23,493 nt of DNA, taken from an uncultured Thermococci archaeon (GTDB lineage: Archaea; CAYQAE01; CAYVLA01). The DNA lies in the NCBI GenBank assembly GCA_964549615.1, contig CAZJVP010000022.1, positions 1 to 23,493 on the forward strand, read 5' to 3'. The notes under the pieces were generated by a model. That model did not search any database and was not told the origin of the DNA. It was given only the letters and a program-made list of their open reading frames with translations. Positions 8,049 to 17,191 of the stretch are shown one piece after another (position 1 is the stretch's first letter; every line of letters begins with the position of its first letter). A program made the translations under genes and the position numbers.

Positions 8049-8918
8049 ATGCCGGAAAAGGATCCCGACAGGAAAGCTAAGCGGGCAGCGACGATAGGAA
8101 TCTGGGGGAACCTTCTGCTCACAAGCTTCAAGCTCGTCGCCGGCCTGCTGTCGGCCAGCATGGCCGTCATCGCGGACTCCATTCATTCCCTCTCGGATCT
8201 GCTGGCCTCAGCACTGGTCTACGTTGGGCTGCGTGAGGCGAAAAGACCGCCCGACAAGGAACATCCCTTCGGCCATGGTGGCATAGAGGCCGTGATCGGC
8301 CTCATCATTGCGGTGTCCCTTGCGATAATTGCCTATGAGCTGGCAAGGGAGTCGGCGGCGAGGTTGCTCCGCGGCCACTTGCCCGCCATCGGGGCGCTGG
8401 CGATTGTCGCATCGATCCTCTCCATCCTGGTGAAGGAGGCCATGGCCCGATACACCTTCGCGGCTGCGAGGGAGGCAAGAAGCCCGTCGTTGGAGGCCAA
8501 TGCATGGGATCACCGCTCAGACGCGATCTCGTCTGTGGCGGTGCTGTTTGGGGTCACCGCCGCGTTCCTTGGCTTTAGGATACTGGACCCCCTCTTCGCC
8601 CTCGGCATGGCCTTCATAATCGGTGCGATAGGGATCAAGATAGGCAGGAAGAACGTTGAGAACCTGATCGGAACTGTGCCCGACCCGGAGATGGCGTCAA
8701 AGATCCGAAAGCTTGTCGAGGTGCTCCCGGAGGTCAAAAGCGTGCACAAGATTCGCCTACACTACTTCGGGCCCTACGCCGAGGTCGACATGCACGTCAT
8801 CATGAACCCGTACATGACGATCCAGAGGAGCCACGCCGTCACCGACCGCCTCATAGAGAAAGTTAAACAGGACTTTCCCGAGATCGCGTTCGTCAACATC
8901 CACGTCGAGCCGAAGTGA
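8049..8918 (+). CDS. Cation diffusion facilitator (CDF, FieF/YiiP-like) metal transporter
   Basis: S.AVIADSIHSLSD, PPDKEHPFGHG..E, DHRSD, LDP, C-terminal domain with H and IHVEP. About six hydrophobic helices. ATG 8049 chosen from promoter spacing. Confidence 0.94.
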   Translation: MPEKDPDRKAKRAATIGIWGNLLLTSFKLVAGLLSASMAVIADSIHSLSDLLASALVYVGLREAKRPPDKEHPFGHGGIEAVIGLIIAVSLAIIAYELARESAARLLRGHLPAIGALAIVASILSILVKEAMARYTFAAAREARSPSLEANAWDHRSDAISSVAVLFGVTAAFLGFRILDPLFALGMAFIIGAIGIKIGRKNVENLIGTVPDPEMASKIRKLVEVLPEVKSVHKIRLHYFGPYAEVDMHVIMNPYMTIQRSHAVTDRLIEKVKQDFPEIAFVNIHVEPK

Positions 8919-9251
8919 GATCGGCCAGCACCTAGGAACGAGAGGCTTTTGCGCTCAAGAAGCCTGACTGCAACCGCGAAAACCACCAAGGCGCAGAACG
9001 TTGCTTGCGGCGTCGGCCAGCGGCGCGGCCCCAAAACCGGCGATCCGTCTGCGTCCTCCAGCTCGAGACCACCTGACATGGGCGGAATTGTATGCATGGA
9101 GAGATCGCCCTCCAACTCCAGCGTCGACATCGCCGGAACGACGAGAAAGGCCACGAAAGTTGCGGGCGCCAAAGATGCGTGATGCCTTACGTCCCGACCG
9201 TCGCCGATCGAGTTATTAGCCCAATCACGAGTACATGGTCGAGGGACCGGC

Positions 9252-10700
9252 TTGGATACAGGCGTGGAGATAATCGTTGATGCGGGCAGCGCGGTGGGGG
9301 ATATCCACCCCCACATATATGGCCACTTCATCGAACACTTGGGCCGATGCATCTACGGCGGCGTCTGGGTGGGTCCTGCGTCCAAGATCCCCAACGTGGA
9401 CGGCTTCCGGAAGGACGTGCTCGAAGCAACGAGGGCGATCCGCCCGCCCATAATCCGCTGGCCCGGGGGGAACTTCGCCTCGGGTTACCACTGGGAGGAC
9501 GGCGTCGGCCCTAGGGACCGGAGGCCGGTTCGTTTCGATCTGGCATGGAAGGGGCTTGAGCCGAACCAGTTCGGGACCGATGAGTTCATCGAATTCTGCC
9601 GGAGGACGGGGGCCGAGCCCTACATCTGCGTGAACATGGGCTCCGGGACTGCGGAGGAGGCGGCGCGCTGGGTCGAATACTGCAACCTTACGACGCAGAC
9701 CCACCATGCCCAGAGGAGAGCAAGCCTGGGACATCCGCAGCCGCATGGAGTTAAGTACTGGGGGCTGGGCAACGAGGCCTACGGCGAGTGGCAGATCGGC
9801 CATTTCTCGGCGGATGGCTACTCGAAAAGCTGCTACGAGTATGCCAAGCTCATGAGGAGGGTTGACCCCTCAATCAAGCTCGTCGCGGTTGGGTGCGACT
9901 CCCCGGACTGGAATCGCCGGGTCCTAGCGGAATGCTGGAAGCTCATCGATTACATATCCCTCCACAAGTACTACAGGGGCGGGGATGACTACTACGACGT
10001 TGTCGCGGCTCCCCTAGAAGCTGAGCGGTCCTTGCGAGACCTTTCCCGGATCGTCGAGACGACCGTCCCAGCACAGCACCCCGTGCACATCGCCTTCGAT
10101 GAGTGGAACCTGTGGTACCCCGAGGCGACGGAAGAGAACGGGCTCCACCAGAGGGCCAGCCTCACGGACGGCATATTCGCATCCGGCATTTTCAACGCAT
10201 TGCACAGGATGTGTCGAACCGTCAAGATGGCCAACCTCGCCCAGCTCGTTAACGTGCTTCCGGCGATAGTCACCGACGACGAGGGAAGGATGTACCTCAA
10301 CCCGACCTACCTTGCCTTCAAGCTGTACGTCCACCACACAGGGACCACGGCACTGAGAACCGTGGCATTCTCCGATACATACCGCTCCCAGAAGTACGGG
10401 CTGAACGAGGTGCCCTACGTTGATGCTTCGGCAAGCCTTGGGCCAAGCGTGCTCCACGTGGCGCTCGTCAATCGTTCCAAGGGACAGGACCTAGAAGCCG
10501 TCATCAAGCTCAGGAACGCAAAGGCACGAGCAGGAGGGTGGGTGATGGAGCTGAATGGGGAAAGGCCGGACTCCTACAATAGCTTCGACCAGCCTGACGC
10601 CGTCGCCCTCAACGAACGGCCGCTTGGCCAGTCAGGTCCCAACATCGAGCTCCAGCTTCCACCCCATTCATCCGCGATCGTGGACCTGCCCATTGCCTAG
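9252..10700 (+). CDS. abfA: GH51 alpha-L-arabinofuranosidase
   Basis: IYGHFIEHLGRCIYGG, RWPGGNFASGYHWEDGVGP, FGTDEF, YWGLGNE (acid/base), AFDEWNLW (nucleophile), MANLAQLVNVL. No signal peptide. TTG start with GAGGG SD. Confidence 0.95.
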   Translation: MDTGVEIIVDAGSAVGDIHPHIYGHFIEHLGRCIYGGVWVGPASKIPNVDGFRKDVLEATRAIRPPIIRWPGGNFASGYHWEDGVGPRDRRPVRFDLAWKGLEPNQFGTDEFIEFCRRTGAEPYICVNMGSGTAEEAARWVEYCNLTTQTHHAQRRASLGHPQPHGVKYWGLGNEAYGEWQIGHFSADGYSKSCYEYAKLMRRVDPSIKLVAVGCDSPDWNRRVLAECWKLIDYISLHKYYRGGDDYYDVVAAPLEAERSLRDLSRIVETTVPAQHPVHIAFDEWNLWYPEATEENGLHQRASLTDGIFASGIFNALHRMCRTVKMANLAQLVNVLPAIVTDDEGRMYLNPTYLAFKLYVHHTGTTALRTVAFSDTYRSQKYGLNEVPYVDASASLGPSVLHVALVNRSKGQDLEAVIKLRNAKARAGGWVMELNGERPDSYNSFDQPDAVALNERPLGQSGPNIELQLPPHSSAIVDLPIA

Positions 10701-11411
10701 GCCGGCCTTGAGCGCGGTCGCCAAGTGTCTCGCCAGCAGGTGGAAGGAAAGGCCGATCGAGGCTATCGCGGCGTAGACGATCAAGCCTCCCAAAAGCGGG
10801 ATCACGCTCAGCACGGCGGCTGCCATCATGAGGACTCCCGAGCCCCTCAGGAAGTCGTGATCCAACTCCCTGCCGACCCTGTAGAACTCGTAGCCGCCGG
10901 AGATGAACCCTGCGACGAGCCCGACGAGCCCAAGAAGCCCAGCCCCCGCCAAGAGCAATAGCGAAGGCACGGCCGGCGCGAGCTCTTCAGCCGTCCTTCC
11001 CGCCGAAAGGGCGTTGACCATTTCCTCCAGGGCGGTCGGAAGAATCAGGGAACTCGCCATGGACATCACGCCTGCCAGGACCAAGCAGAAGAACGCGGCC
11101 AGGGCGAGGATCCTTCTCGTCACCCGCCATACTCCCAAAAAGCCCAGCGCGAAGAGAACGTACCCACCAAGCTGCAAGGCGAGAAATGGCTTGGCCTTCT
11201 CCACACTATCCCTTATCTGAGGAAGCGCCTCTCTCAAGGCGTCAAGCGTCTCGTTGATGTCCGCGCCCGGGCTGAAAAGCGGGGTCAGGTTGAGGGATCC
11301 GGAGGCAGCGCGCGTCGACGATCCCTGAGAGAGGAGCCCGCCGATGATCGCCAGCGCAGCCCCGACCATGCCGCCGTAGATCAGGCTATCCTTACCCAAC
11401 GTCCTTCTCAT
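10668..11411 (-). CDS. Multi-pass membrane protein (DUF996/DUF973-like), last gene of ABC-2 operon
   Basis: About six hydrophobic segments and a ...FLRGSGVLMMAAAVLSVIPLLG pattern recalled from archaeal DUF996-type proteins. Start overlaps the upstream gene by 20 nt. Confidence 0.75.
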   Translation of the reverse strand: MRRTLGKDSLIYGGMVGAALAIIGGLLSQGSSTRAASGSLNLTPLFSPGADINETLDALREALPQIRDSVEKAKPFLALQLGGYVLFALGFLGVWRVTRRILALAAFFCLVLAGVMSMASSLILPTALEEMVNALSAGRTAEELAPAVPSLLLLAGAGLLGLVGLVAGFISGGYEFYRVGRELDHDFLRGSGVLMMAAAVLSVIPLLGGLIVYAAIASIGLSFHLLARHLATALKAGLGNGQVHDRG

Positions 11412-12048
11412 CCCCTGATCCTTGCTCCCTGAGTCTCTGCAGCCAGCCTGGTTCGGGCCTCTGCCTGCGTCTCTTTGTTACCTTCCTTCGCATCGACCTC
11501 ACAACCAACCCAGTTGCGAGGGGAAGGACCGGCATGCCGACTATCACGAGGTAAGATCGCCTCGTCAGGGACGGTATCACCCGGATCCTCGGACCGAATG
11601 CCAAGTCCCCAGCCTCGACGTAGCCATCCCTTCCGTCCAGTTTAAAGGTTCCCTTGAGCTTCAGGAAGTAGTAGCCCCTTTCCGGTATCCTGATCTTGAA
11701 AAGGCCGGCTGCATTCGATGGGCCGGAAAGAACCTGCCATGAGGCGTTTACGCGGCCCACGATCCATCCAGGGTCCAACGCCACATATGTCTGGTTCTCG
11801 CCATCGTAGAACATTACCTCCAGGGTCACGTTCGTCAGGGTCAGGTTTGCCAGCTGCAGCTCGAATGCGAGATCGAACTCCTCCCCTACATCCACCTTGG
11901 GACCCAGGCCCGCCCCCATCTGGGGCGCCGTTATCAGGATGGACACCGGCCCGGAGCTAGCCTGTGCTGCTGATGTGCCGGGGCGGATCACCTGGCCAGA
12001 CGCTCCGCAGAGGGAGAGCACCAGAAGGAACGCGAGCGCCAACCTCAA
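11392..12048 (-). CDS. Signal-peptide-bearing, C-terminally membrane-anchored hypothetical protein
   Basis: N-terminal MRLALAFLLVLSLCGASG, beta-rich middle with N-x-T/S sequons (NLT, NVT, NQT, NAS), TM segment YLVIVGMPVLPLATGLVV then basic RRKVTKRRR. TTGA overlap with the permease stop. Confidence 0.8.
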   Translation of the reverse strand: MRLALAFLLVLSLCGASGQVIRPGTSAAQASSGPVSILITAPQMGAGLGPKVDVGEEFDLAFELQLANLTLTNVTLEVMFYDGENQTYVALDPGWIVGRVNASWQVLSGPSNAAGLFKIRIPERGYYFLKLKGTFKLDGRDGYVEAGDLAFGPRIRVIPSLTRRSYLVIVGMPVLPLATGLVVRSMRRKVTKRRRQRPEPGWLQRLREQGSGDEKDVG

Positions 12049-12848
12049 GCAACATCCTCCTTTAGTCCTACGACGCAGATCGCCGCAATGATGAAGATGA
12101 CGCAGTACGCAAGGAGCCCTGCAACGCCCAGATAAAGTTCGTTCCCGTTTTCGAAGAGCTCTTCGGTCACCATGCTGGAATACCTGATCAGGGAGAAGTT
12201 CCTGATGAAATTCAGTATCTTTGCAACGGATTCAAAGCTTGAGAAAAGCTGCCTCGCGACCGAGATTCCCATGAAGGCGAAGAGAACCCCGAGGCTGCCC
12301 ATGGCAGAAGACTTGACGGACGAGGTCACGCTGGATATGAAGATCGATACCGAACTCATGGCGCCAGCGACGAGTATCGTGGAGAGATAACCCAAGAGGA
12401 GCTTGCCCCAGGCAACATCTCCGACGAGGCCCCGACCCCCCAGGACGAAGTACAGCAGCGAGGTGAGCAGTATCGCGATCCACGTGACCAGTATCGCCGC
12501 ATACTTGCCCAGAACCAGGGATGAGGATGAGATGGGAGCCGTCTTGATGAGGGGGAGGGTCCGCATGGCCTTCTCGCTGACGATCGAGTCCATGGAGAAC
12601 GCTACGGCATAGAAGAGGGCCAGAAGGGAGAGCAGCCCGACGACCATCTGGACGATCGGGTCAGTCCCCATCGGGATCTCCGTCTGGATCCACATGAAGA
12701 AGCTCATGCCGATGAAGGCGACGGTCGCCATCGAGTACGGCCTCAGACTCAGGAAGCCGTCCCTGAGCTCCTTCCTCGCGACAATGAGGCTTGAGGAGAG
12801 ATCGGATAGCCCGACCGCCACCCGCTGTCTCGTGTTGGCAAGGTCCAA
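12045..12848 (-). CDS. ABC-2 type transporter permease
   Basis: VARKEL, SIVSEK..RTL.LI..APIS...LVLGKY ABC-2 signature, about six TM helices, adjacent to the ATPase gene. Confidence 0.92.
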   Translation of the reverse strand: MDLANTRQRVAVGLSDLSSSLIVARKELRDGFLSLRPYSMATVAFIGMSFFMWIQTEIPMGTDPIVQMVVGLLSLLALFYAVAFSMDSIVSEKAMRTLPLIKTAPISSSSLVLGKYAAILVTWIAILLTSLLYFVLGGRGLVGDVAWGKLLLGYLSTILVAGAMSSVSIFISSVTSSVKSSAMGSLGVLFAFMGISVARQLFSSFESVAKILNFIRNFSLIRYSSMVTEELFENGNELYLGVAGLLAYCVIFIIAAICVVGLKEDVA

Positions 12849-12854
12849 ACATCG

Positions 12855-13784
12855 TCACCCCGTGTAGCTCATGAAGACATCCTCAAGAGTCGGCTCCTGA
12901 AGGTTCATGCAAAGCAGCTCGGCCCCCTGCTGGACGAGGAACCTTGCAAGCTCGGGCCGTCTCTCCTCGAAGGTCCCCACCTCGACGGCAAGCTCTCCCC
13001 CGCCCTTAACGACGACCCTCTTCACCCACGGCAGGGACTCGATCAGGCGTGCAAGGTCCTCCGGCCCTATCCCCCCTGGTCCTATCGCCACCTCGATGAC
13101 GTTGGAGGCCCTCACCTTCTCCCTCAGTCCCTCGGGGCTGTCCACGGCGACGATCCGGCCCTTGTTTATTATGCCCACCTCCTTGCAGACCATCTCCACC
13201 TCCGGGAGGATGTGGGTGCATAGGAAGATCGTCTTGCCGCTCTCCCCAAGGTCGAGTATCAGCTCCCTCACCTCTCTTGTGCCCCTCGGATCCAGCCCGG
13301 AGGTCGGCTCATCCAGGAAGAGGAGCTTGGGATCGTGGATCAGGAGACGCGCGATGTTGAGCCGCTGCCTCATCCCCAGGGAGAAGGACTTGGTCTCAAG
13401 ATTCCGTTCATCGTACAACCCCACCTCCTTGAGTGCCTCGGCGATCGCTCCCTCGAGATCCCTCACCCTGAACAACCTCCCGAAATAGCGCAGAAACTCA
13501 AGGGGAGTCATCTCGGGGTAGAATCCCGGGGATTCGGGAAGGTAGCCAAGGATCCTCTTGATGGCCATGTAGTCCTTTACGATGTCCATGCCCCAGACGA
13601 GGGCCGACCCGGAAGTAGGCCGGATGAGACAGGACAACATCCTGATTGTGGTCGTTTTCCCTGCTCCGTTGGGGCCGAGAAAGCCGAAGACGGTTCCCTT
13701 GCCGACCTTTAGATCGATGTGGTCTACCGCCGCAAAACCGTCGAAGGTCTTCGTTAGGCCCCTGCACTCGACCGCAAGATCCAT
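12855..13784 (-). CDS. ABC transporter ATP-binding protein (ABC-2/multidrug type)
   Basis: Walker A GPNGAGKTT, signature FSLGMRQR, Walker B LLFLDEPTSGLDP, CTH switch, C-terminal PTLEDVF. Confidence 0.96.
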   Translation of the reverse strand: MDLAVECRGLTKTFDGFAAVDHIDLKVGKGTVFGFLGPNGAGKTTTIRMLSCLIRPTSGSALVWGMDIVKDYMAIKRILGYLPESPGFYPEMTPLEFLRYFGRLFRVRDLEGAIAEALKEVGLYDERNLETKSFSLGMRQRLNIARLLIHDPKLLFLDEPTSGLDPRGTREVRELILDLGESGKTIFLCTHILPEVEMVCKEVGIINKGRIVAVDSPEGLREKVRASNVIEVAIGPGGIGPEDLARLIESLPWVKRVVVKGGGELAVEVGTFEERRPELARFLVQQGAELLCMNLQEPTLEDVFMSYTG

Positions 13785-13828
13785 CAGAAGGTCCCCTTCG
13801 GGCGCTTGAGGCCTACCTGCCCCGGGCC

Positions 13829-13841
13829 AGTATATAAATCC
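13829..13841 (-). promoter_or_regulatory. Putative TATA box for the ABC-2 operon
   Basis: TTTATATA on the minus strand (13838-13831), ~47 nt upstream of ATG 13784. Confidence 0.65.
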
Positions 13842-13956
13842 CCCCCGAACGAACGGGTGTGGACTCCCTCGCCGTCAATGGACCGGCCTGTGCCGCATCC
13901 TCACCGGAAGTCGGCCGCGCCACGCTCAGGACGCCGGCCGCGGGATCCATCTCTCC

Positions 13957-13972
13957 CCGAAAGAGTTAATAG
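13957..13972 (+). promoter_or_regulatory. Putative BRE+TATA for the 14010/14441 gene pair
   Basis: CCGAAAGA-GTTAATAG ~40 nt upstream of ATG 14010, which has SD GGTGA at 14000-14004. Confidence 0.6.
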
Positions 13973-14009
13973 AATTTCCGAGACCATCATACGCCCCTCG
14001 GTGATCAAG

Positions 14010-14423
14010 ATGGCGGAAAAACCTAGGCTTCGGCTGCCAAAGAAGTGGATCATAATCCTCGCCGTCATCGTAGTCGTTGCCATAATCGCTCTATTGCTTG
14101 CGACGTACAAGCCGCCGGAGTTGAGCTTGGAGGTGAGGATGGCCAGGGATGGGGCCAAACTGGACCTAACCCTGATCTACAGCGCAAGGGAGACCAACAT
14201 AACGGCTGGCGACTATAGGGTCAAGGTCGACATCCGGCGGATGATCGACTCGTCGCAGACCAAGAAGACCGTCGTCAACGTCCAGCTCCCCGAGATCGCG
14301 GTGGGATCCTCCGCAAACCAGACATTCGCCTTCGAGGTGGAGGGCTACACGGATCTTGACATCTACGTGTTCAGGGGCAACAAGCAGGTTATATTCAACA
14401 CCCAGAGAATCCCATTGGCGTAG
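14010..14423 (+). CDS. N-terminally membrane-anchored hypothetical protein with beta-sandwich-like external domain (137 aa)
   Basis: Basic N-terminus, TM WIIILAVIVVVAIIALLLA, alternating beta pattern, sequons NIT and NQT. Ends 17 nt before the radical SAM start. Confidence 0.8.
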   Translation: MAEKPRLRLPKKWIIILAVIVVVAIIALLLATYKPPELSLEVRMARDGAKLDLTLIYSARETNITAGDYRVKVDIRRMIDSSQTKKTVVNVQLPEIAVGSSANQTFAFEVEGYTDLDIYVFRGNKQVIFNTQRIPLA

Positions 14424-14440
14424 CTTCTGGAGGCCCCAAC

Positions 14441-15970
14441 ATGACCAGGGTAGTGCTCACCGCTGATCGCACCCTGATGTCAGAGTATCAGAACAACATG
14501 TTCTTCGGGTTCTCCGCCTCTTTCCCCAAGAAGTTTATGCCCGCGCCCATTTACTACAGGATGTTCGCGCCCAGCGTTCCCGTCTCCAACGGCAGGGCCG
14601 TGATTGCCCCCTACGCCCTTCGTAAGATAGAGGCCGCGCTGCTCGCCGACGGGTTCAGCCAGGATGACGTCGTGGTGGCCCACCCCTCCCATCTTTCCAA
14701 GTTCATCGATGCGGATACGCGGGTGCTGGGCGTCTCCACCATGGACCCGCTGGGCTATGGACCGGTCACCTCGACCTTCACCAACATCTACGAGAACCCC
14801 GCCTACGTCCCCGGCCGGTTCAGAGAGATCTTCCTAGATCCAGCCGTTAGGAAGTTCCGACCCAAGACGATCGTGGGCGGGCCTGGCTCATGGCAGCTTG
14901 ACAAGTACCCCGGCCCCAGGGACGAGCTGGGCATCGACTGCGTCGTCACCGGCGAGGGCGAGATCACCTTCCCCAAGCTCGTCCGCATGGCGGAGAGGGG
15001 CGAGCCGCTGCCAAGGTCCGTGGAGGGGGAGATCGTCCCCGTAGAAAAAATGCCGAACATCGTCAACCCCACGGTGAACGCCATGGTGGAGGTTGCCAGG
15101 GGCTGCGGGAGAGGGTGCAAGTTCTGCACGCCCACCCTGCTGAAGTTCAGGTGCCGGCCCATCGAGGATATCCTCAAGGAGGTGGCCGTCAACACCCGCG
15201 CGGGCTACAAGCAGATATACATACACGCCGAGGATGTCTGGCGTTACGGCGCCAAGGGGGTTCGGCCCGACAAGGCCAAGGTCATCGAGCTGTTCAAGAG
15301 CATATACAAGTTCCAAGGGGTCACCAAGGTTTTCCCGTCCCACGGGGCCCTCGCTTCGGTCGCGTGCGAGAGGGACCTTCTCCCGTCGGTATCCGAGGTC
15401 TTGGAAATGGGCGAACACAACCTCAACGGGTACCAGACCGGCGTGGAGACCGGTTCCCCAGCGTTGGTTGAACGGCATATGGCAGGCAAGGTGAAACCCT
15501 TCCAGCCAAAGGAGTGGCCCGAGGTCGTCCGACAGGCCTTTGAGATCTCCGTGGATTCGCACTGGATCCCATGCGCCACGATGCTGGTCGGACTGCCGGG
15601 CGAGACGGACGATGACGTGGTGAGATCCATCGAGCTTGTGGATGATCTGCGGGACCTAATGTCCGGCATCTTCCCGCTTTTCTTCGTGGCGATGGGAAGC
15701 ATGTCTGACGAAAGGAACTTCACGAGGCAGGACATGACCCCGCTTCACTGGGAGTTCATCGTGAGATGCTGGGAGCACAACCTGAGGTACATACCCTATT
15801 TCGTCAAGCACGCGGGAATGGAGAGCCGCTTCTGGAACTTCGTGCTCGAGCACATCTTGGTGCCTATCGGCCGCGCCAAACTGCACGGTTACGCCAGCAA
15901 GATGAGGGCCGAGATGGGAGAGGAGATCCAGAAGCGGCTCAGCGCGGCCGCCCAAGGGGCTCCGGCCTAG
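14441..15970 (+). CDS. Radical SAM protein with B12-binding-like N-terminal region; resembles archaeal GDGT-modifying Grs/Gms family
   Basis: CxxxCxxC in EVARGCGRGCKFC, plus LTADR, APYALRKIEAAL, DPLG.GP, IVGGPGSWQ, GEGE, HAED, GVETGS, GLPGET. SD GGAGG. Subfamily call is from recalled motifs. Confidence 0.88.
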   Translation: MTRVVLTADRTLMSEYQNNMFFGFSASFPKKFMPAPIYYRMFAPSVPVSNGRAVIAPYALRKIEAALLADGFSQDDVVVAHPSHLSKFIDADTRVLGVSTMDPLGYGPVTSTFTNIYENPAYVPGRFREIFLDPAVRKFRPKTIVGGPGSWQLDKYPGPRDELGIDCVVTGEGEITFPKLVRMAERGEPLPRSVEGEIVPVEKMPNIVNPTVNAMVEVARGCGRGCKFCTPTLLKFRCRPIEDILKEVAVNTRAGYKQIYIHAEDVWRYGAKGVRPDKAKVIELFKSIYKFQGVTKVFPSHGALASVACERDLLPSVSEVLEMGEHNLNGYQTGVETGSPALVERHMAGKVKPFQPKEWPEVVRQAFEISVDSHWIPCATMLVGLPGETDDDVVRSIELVDDLRDLMSGIFPLFFVAMGSMSDERNFTRQDMTPLHWEFIVRCWEHNLRYIPYFVKHAGMESRFWNFVLEHILVPIGRAKLHGYASKMRAEMGEEIQKRLSAAAQGAPA

Positions 15971-16018
15971 GTTGCCAGCGGGTTGGCCTGCCCCAAGAGC
16001 CGGCCGGACCATGGAGAA

Positions 16019-17158
16019 CTAAAGTTCCCTGTGGAACGTGGAGATGCTCTGCCCGCCTCGCTTCCTGTCCAGGACGACGTCCTCTATCCTGAGCCCGCCG
16101 ACGCCCCGCTTGGCTATCCCGGGCTCAACCGTGTGGACGTAGTTTGCGTGGAGCACATCCTGCGAATCGGGCTTGATGTAGGGCGGCTCATGGCAGGCCA
16201 CCCCAATGCCGTGGCCCAAAAACGGTGGAAACCCGTACCCCGCCTTCGCTATGGCGTCCCTGGCAGCTTTGTCCACCTGGTTCGATGATATGCCATCCCT
16301 TATGCTGTCGATGGCGGCTTGCTGGCCCTCCAAGAGGGCTGCCCATATCTTGCGCTGCTCCGGACTGGGCGTCCCCACGACCCAGGTTCGGGTCAGGTCA
16401 CACCAGTAGCCGTCAACGCAGGTGTTGAGCTCGATGAGAACTGCATCGCCGGCCTTGATCCTCCTCTGGGAACTGATGTTGTAGGGCCTAGGTGCTTTAA
16501 GCGAGTTCGGGCCGGACATGACGAAGGCAAAGGCCCTCGCGACGGCCGCCTTGCCCTTGTAGCCGAAGCCCTCCTCGTATATAGTCTTCTCGCACGCGGC
16601 AGCGACCTGCGTCTCCTTCACCCCTTCGTCCAGAACGTCGTAGGCTGAAGTCAGGCCCTCCCCGGAAAGTTCCGCCGCGAGCCTCATCGCGGCTATCTCG
16701 CCGGGCGTCTTGAGCTTCCTCATCTCCAGGATGAGGTCGGATGCGTCGACGAGCTCGCAGGAAGGCAGGGCTTTCTTCAAGAATTCAAGATGCTGGAACC
16801 CGACGTGGGCATTCTCCACGCCGATCGCGTTCCCTGCGATCAGCTCGAACGACCCCTCGTAGCCAACCTTCCCCTTCACCCCGAGCTCGTTCAGCAGGCG
16901 GGAGGCCTCCTCGTACGGCTTGCCAGTGTAGATCCTCACGTCCCTTGCCCACGCCTTCCCCGCGAACTCGACCTCGTAGTCGGGCGCCAAGAGAACCGGT
17001 TCGCCCTCTGCGGGCACCACGGAGAACGACCAGCCCCTGATCGGCCAGTACCCTGAGAAGTAGAGGACGTTCTCCGAGTTCCTGCAGACGATGAAGTCCA
17101 CGCCCCGTTCGCGCATCATGGACTGTGCCCTTTGGACCTTGGCCTTCTCGTACCTCAC
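16019..17158 (-). CDS. Xaa-Pro peptidase family (M24B) protein, divergent
   Basis: ENVLYFSG, R.LKT..EI, GYWCDLTRT, GHGIG...HE, TVEPG, GLRIEDVV. GTG start with GAGGAG upstream. Confidence 0.92.
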   Translation of the reverse strand: MRYEKAKVQRAQSMMRERGVDFIVCRNSENVLYFSGYWPIRGWSFSVVPAEGEPVLLAPDYEVEFAGKAWARDVRIYTGKPYEEASRLLNELGVKGKVGYEGSFELIAGNAIGVENAHVGFQHLEFLKKALPSCELVDASDLILEMRKLKTPGEIAAMRLAAELSGEGLTSAYDVLDEGVKETQVAAACEKTIYEEGFGYKGKAAVARAFAFVMSGPNSLKAPRPYNISSQRRIKAGDAVLIELNTCVDGYWCDLTRTWVVGTPSPEQRKIWAALLEGQQAAIDSIRDGISSNQVDKAARDAIAKAGYGFPPFLGHGIGVACHEPPYIKPDSQDVLHANYVHTVEPGIAKRGVGGLRIEDVVLDRKRGGQSISTFHREL

Positions 17159-17191
17159 ACCATCTCCTCGGTCGCGACGCGGCCGTGTGAG

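Noticed and set aside
13806-14009. N-terminal extension of ORF 13806..14423, and the idea that the protein is a type IV pilin
   Set aside because: The extension covers both promoters, and there is no K/R-G/A class III cleavage motif before the hydrophobic stretch.
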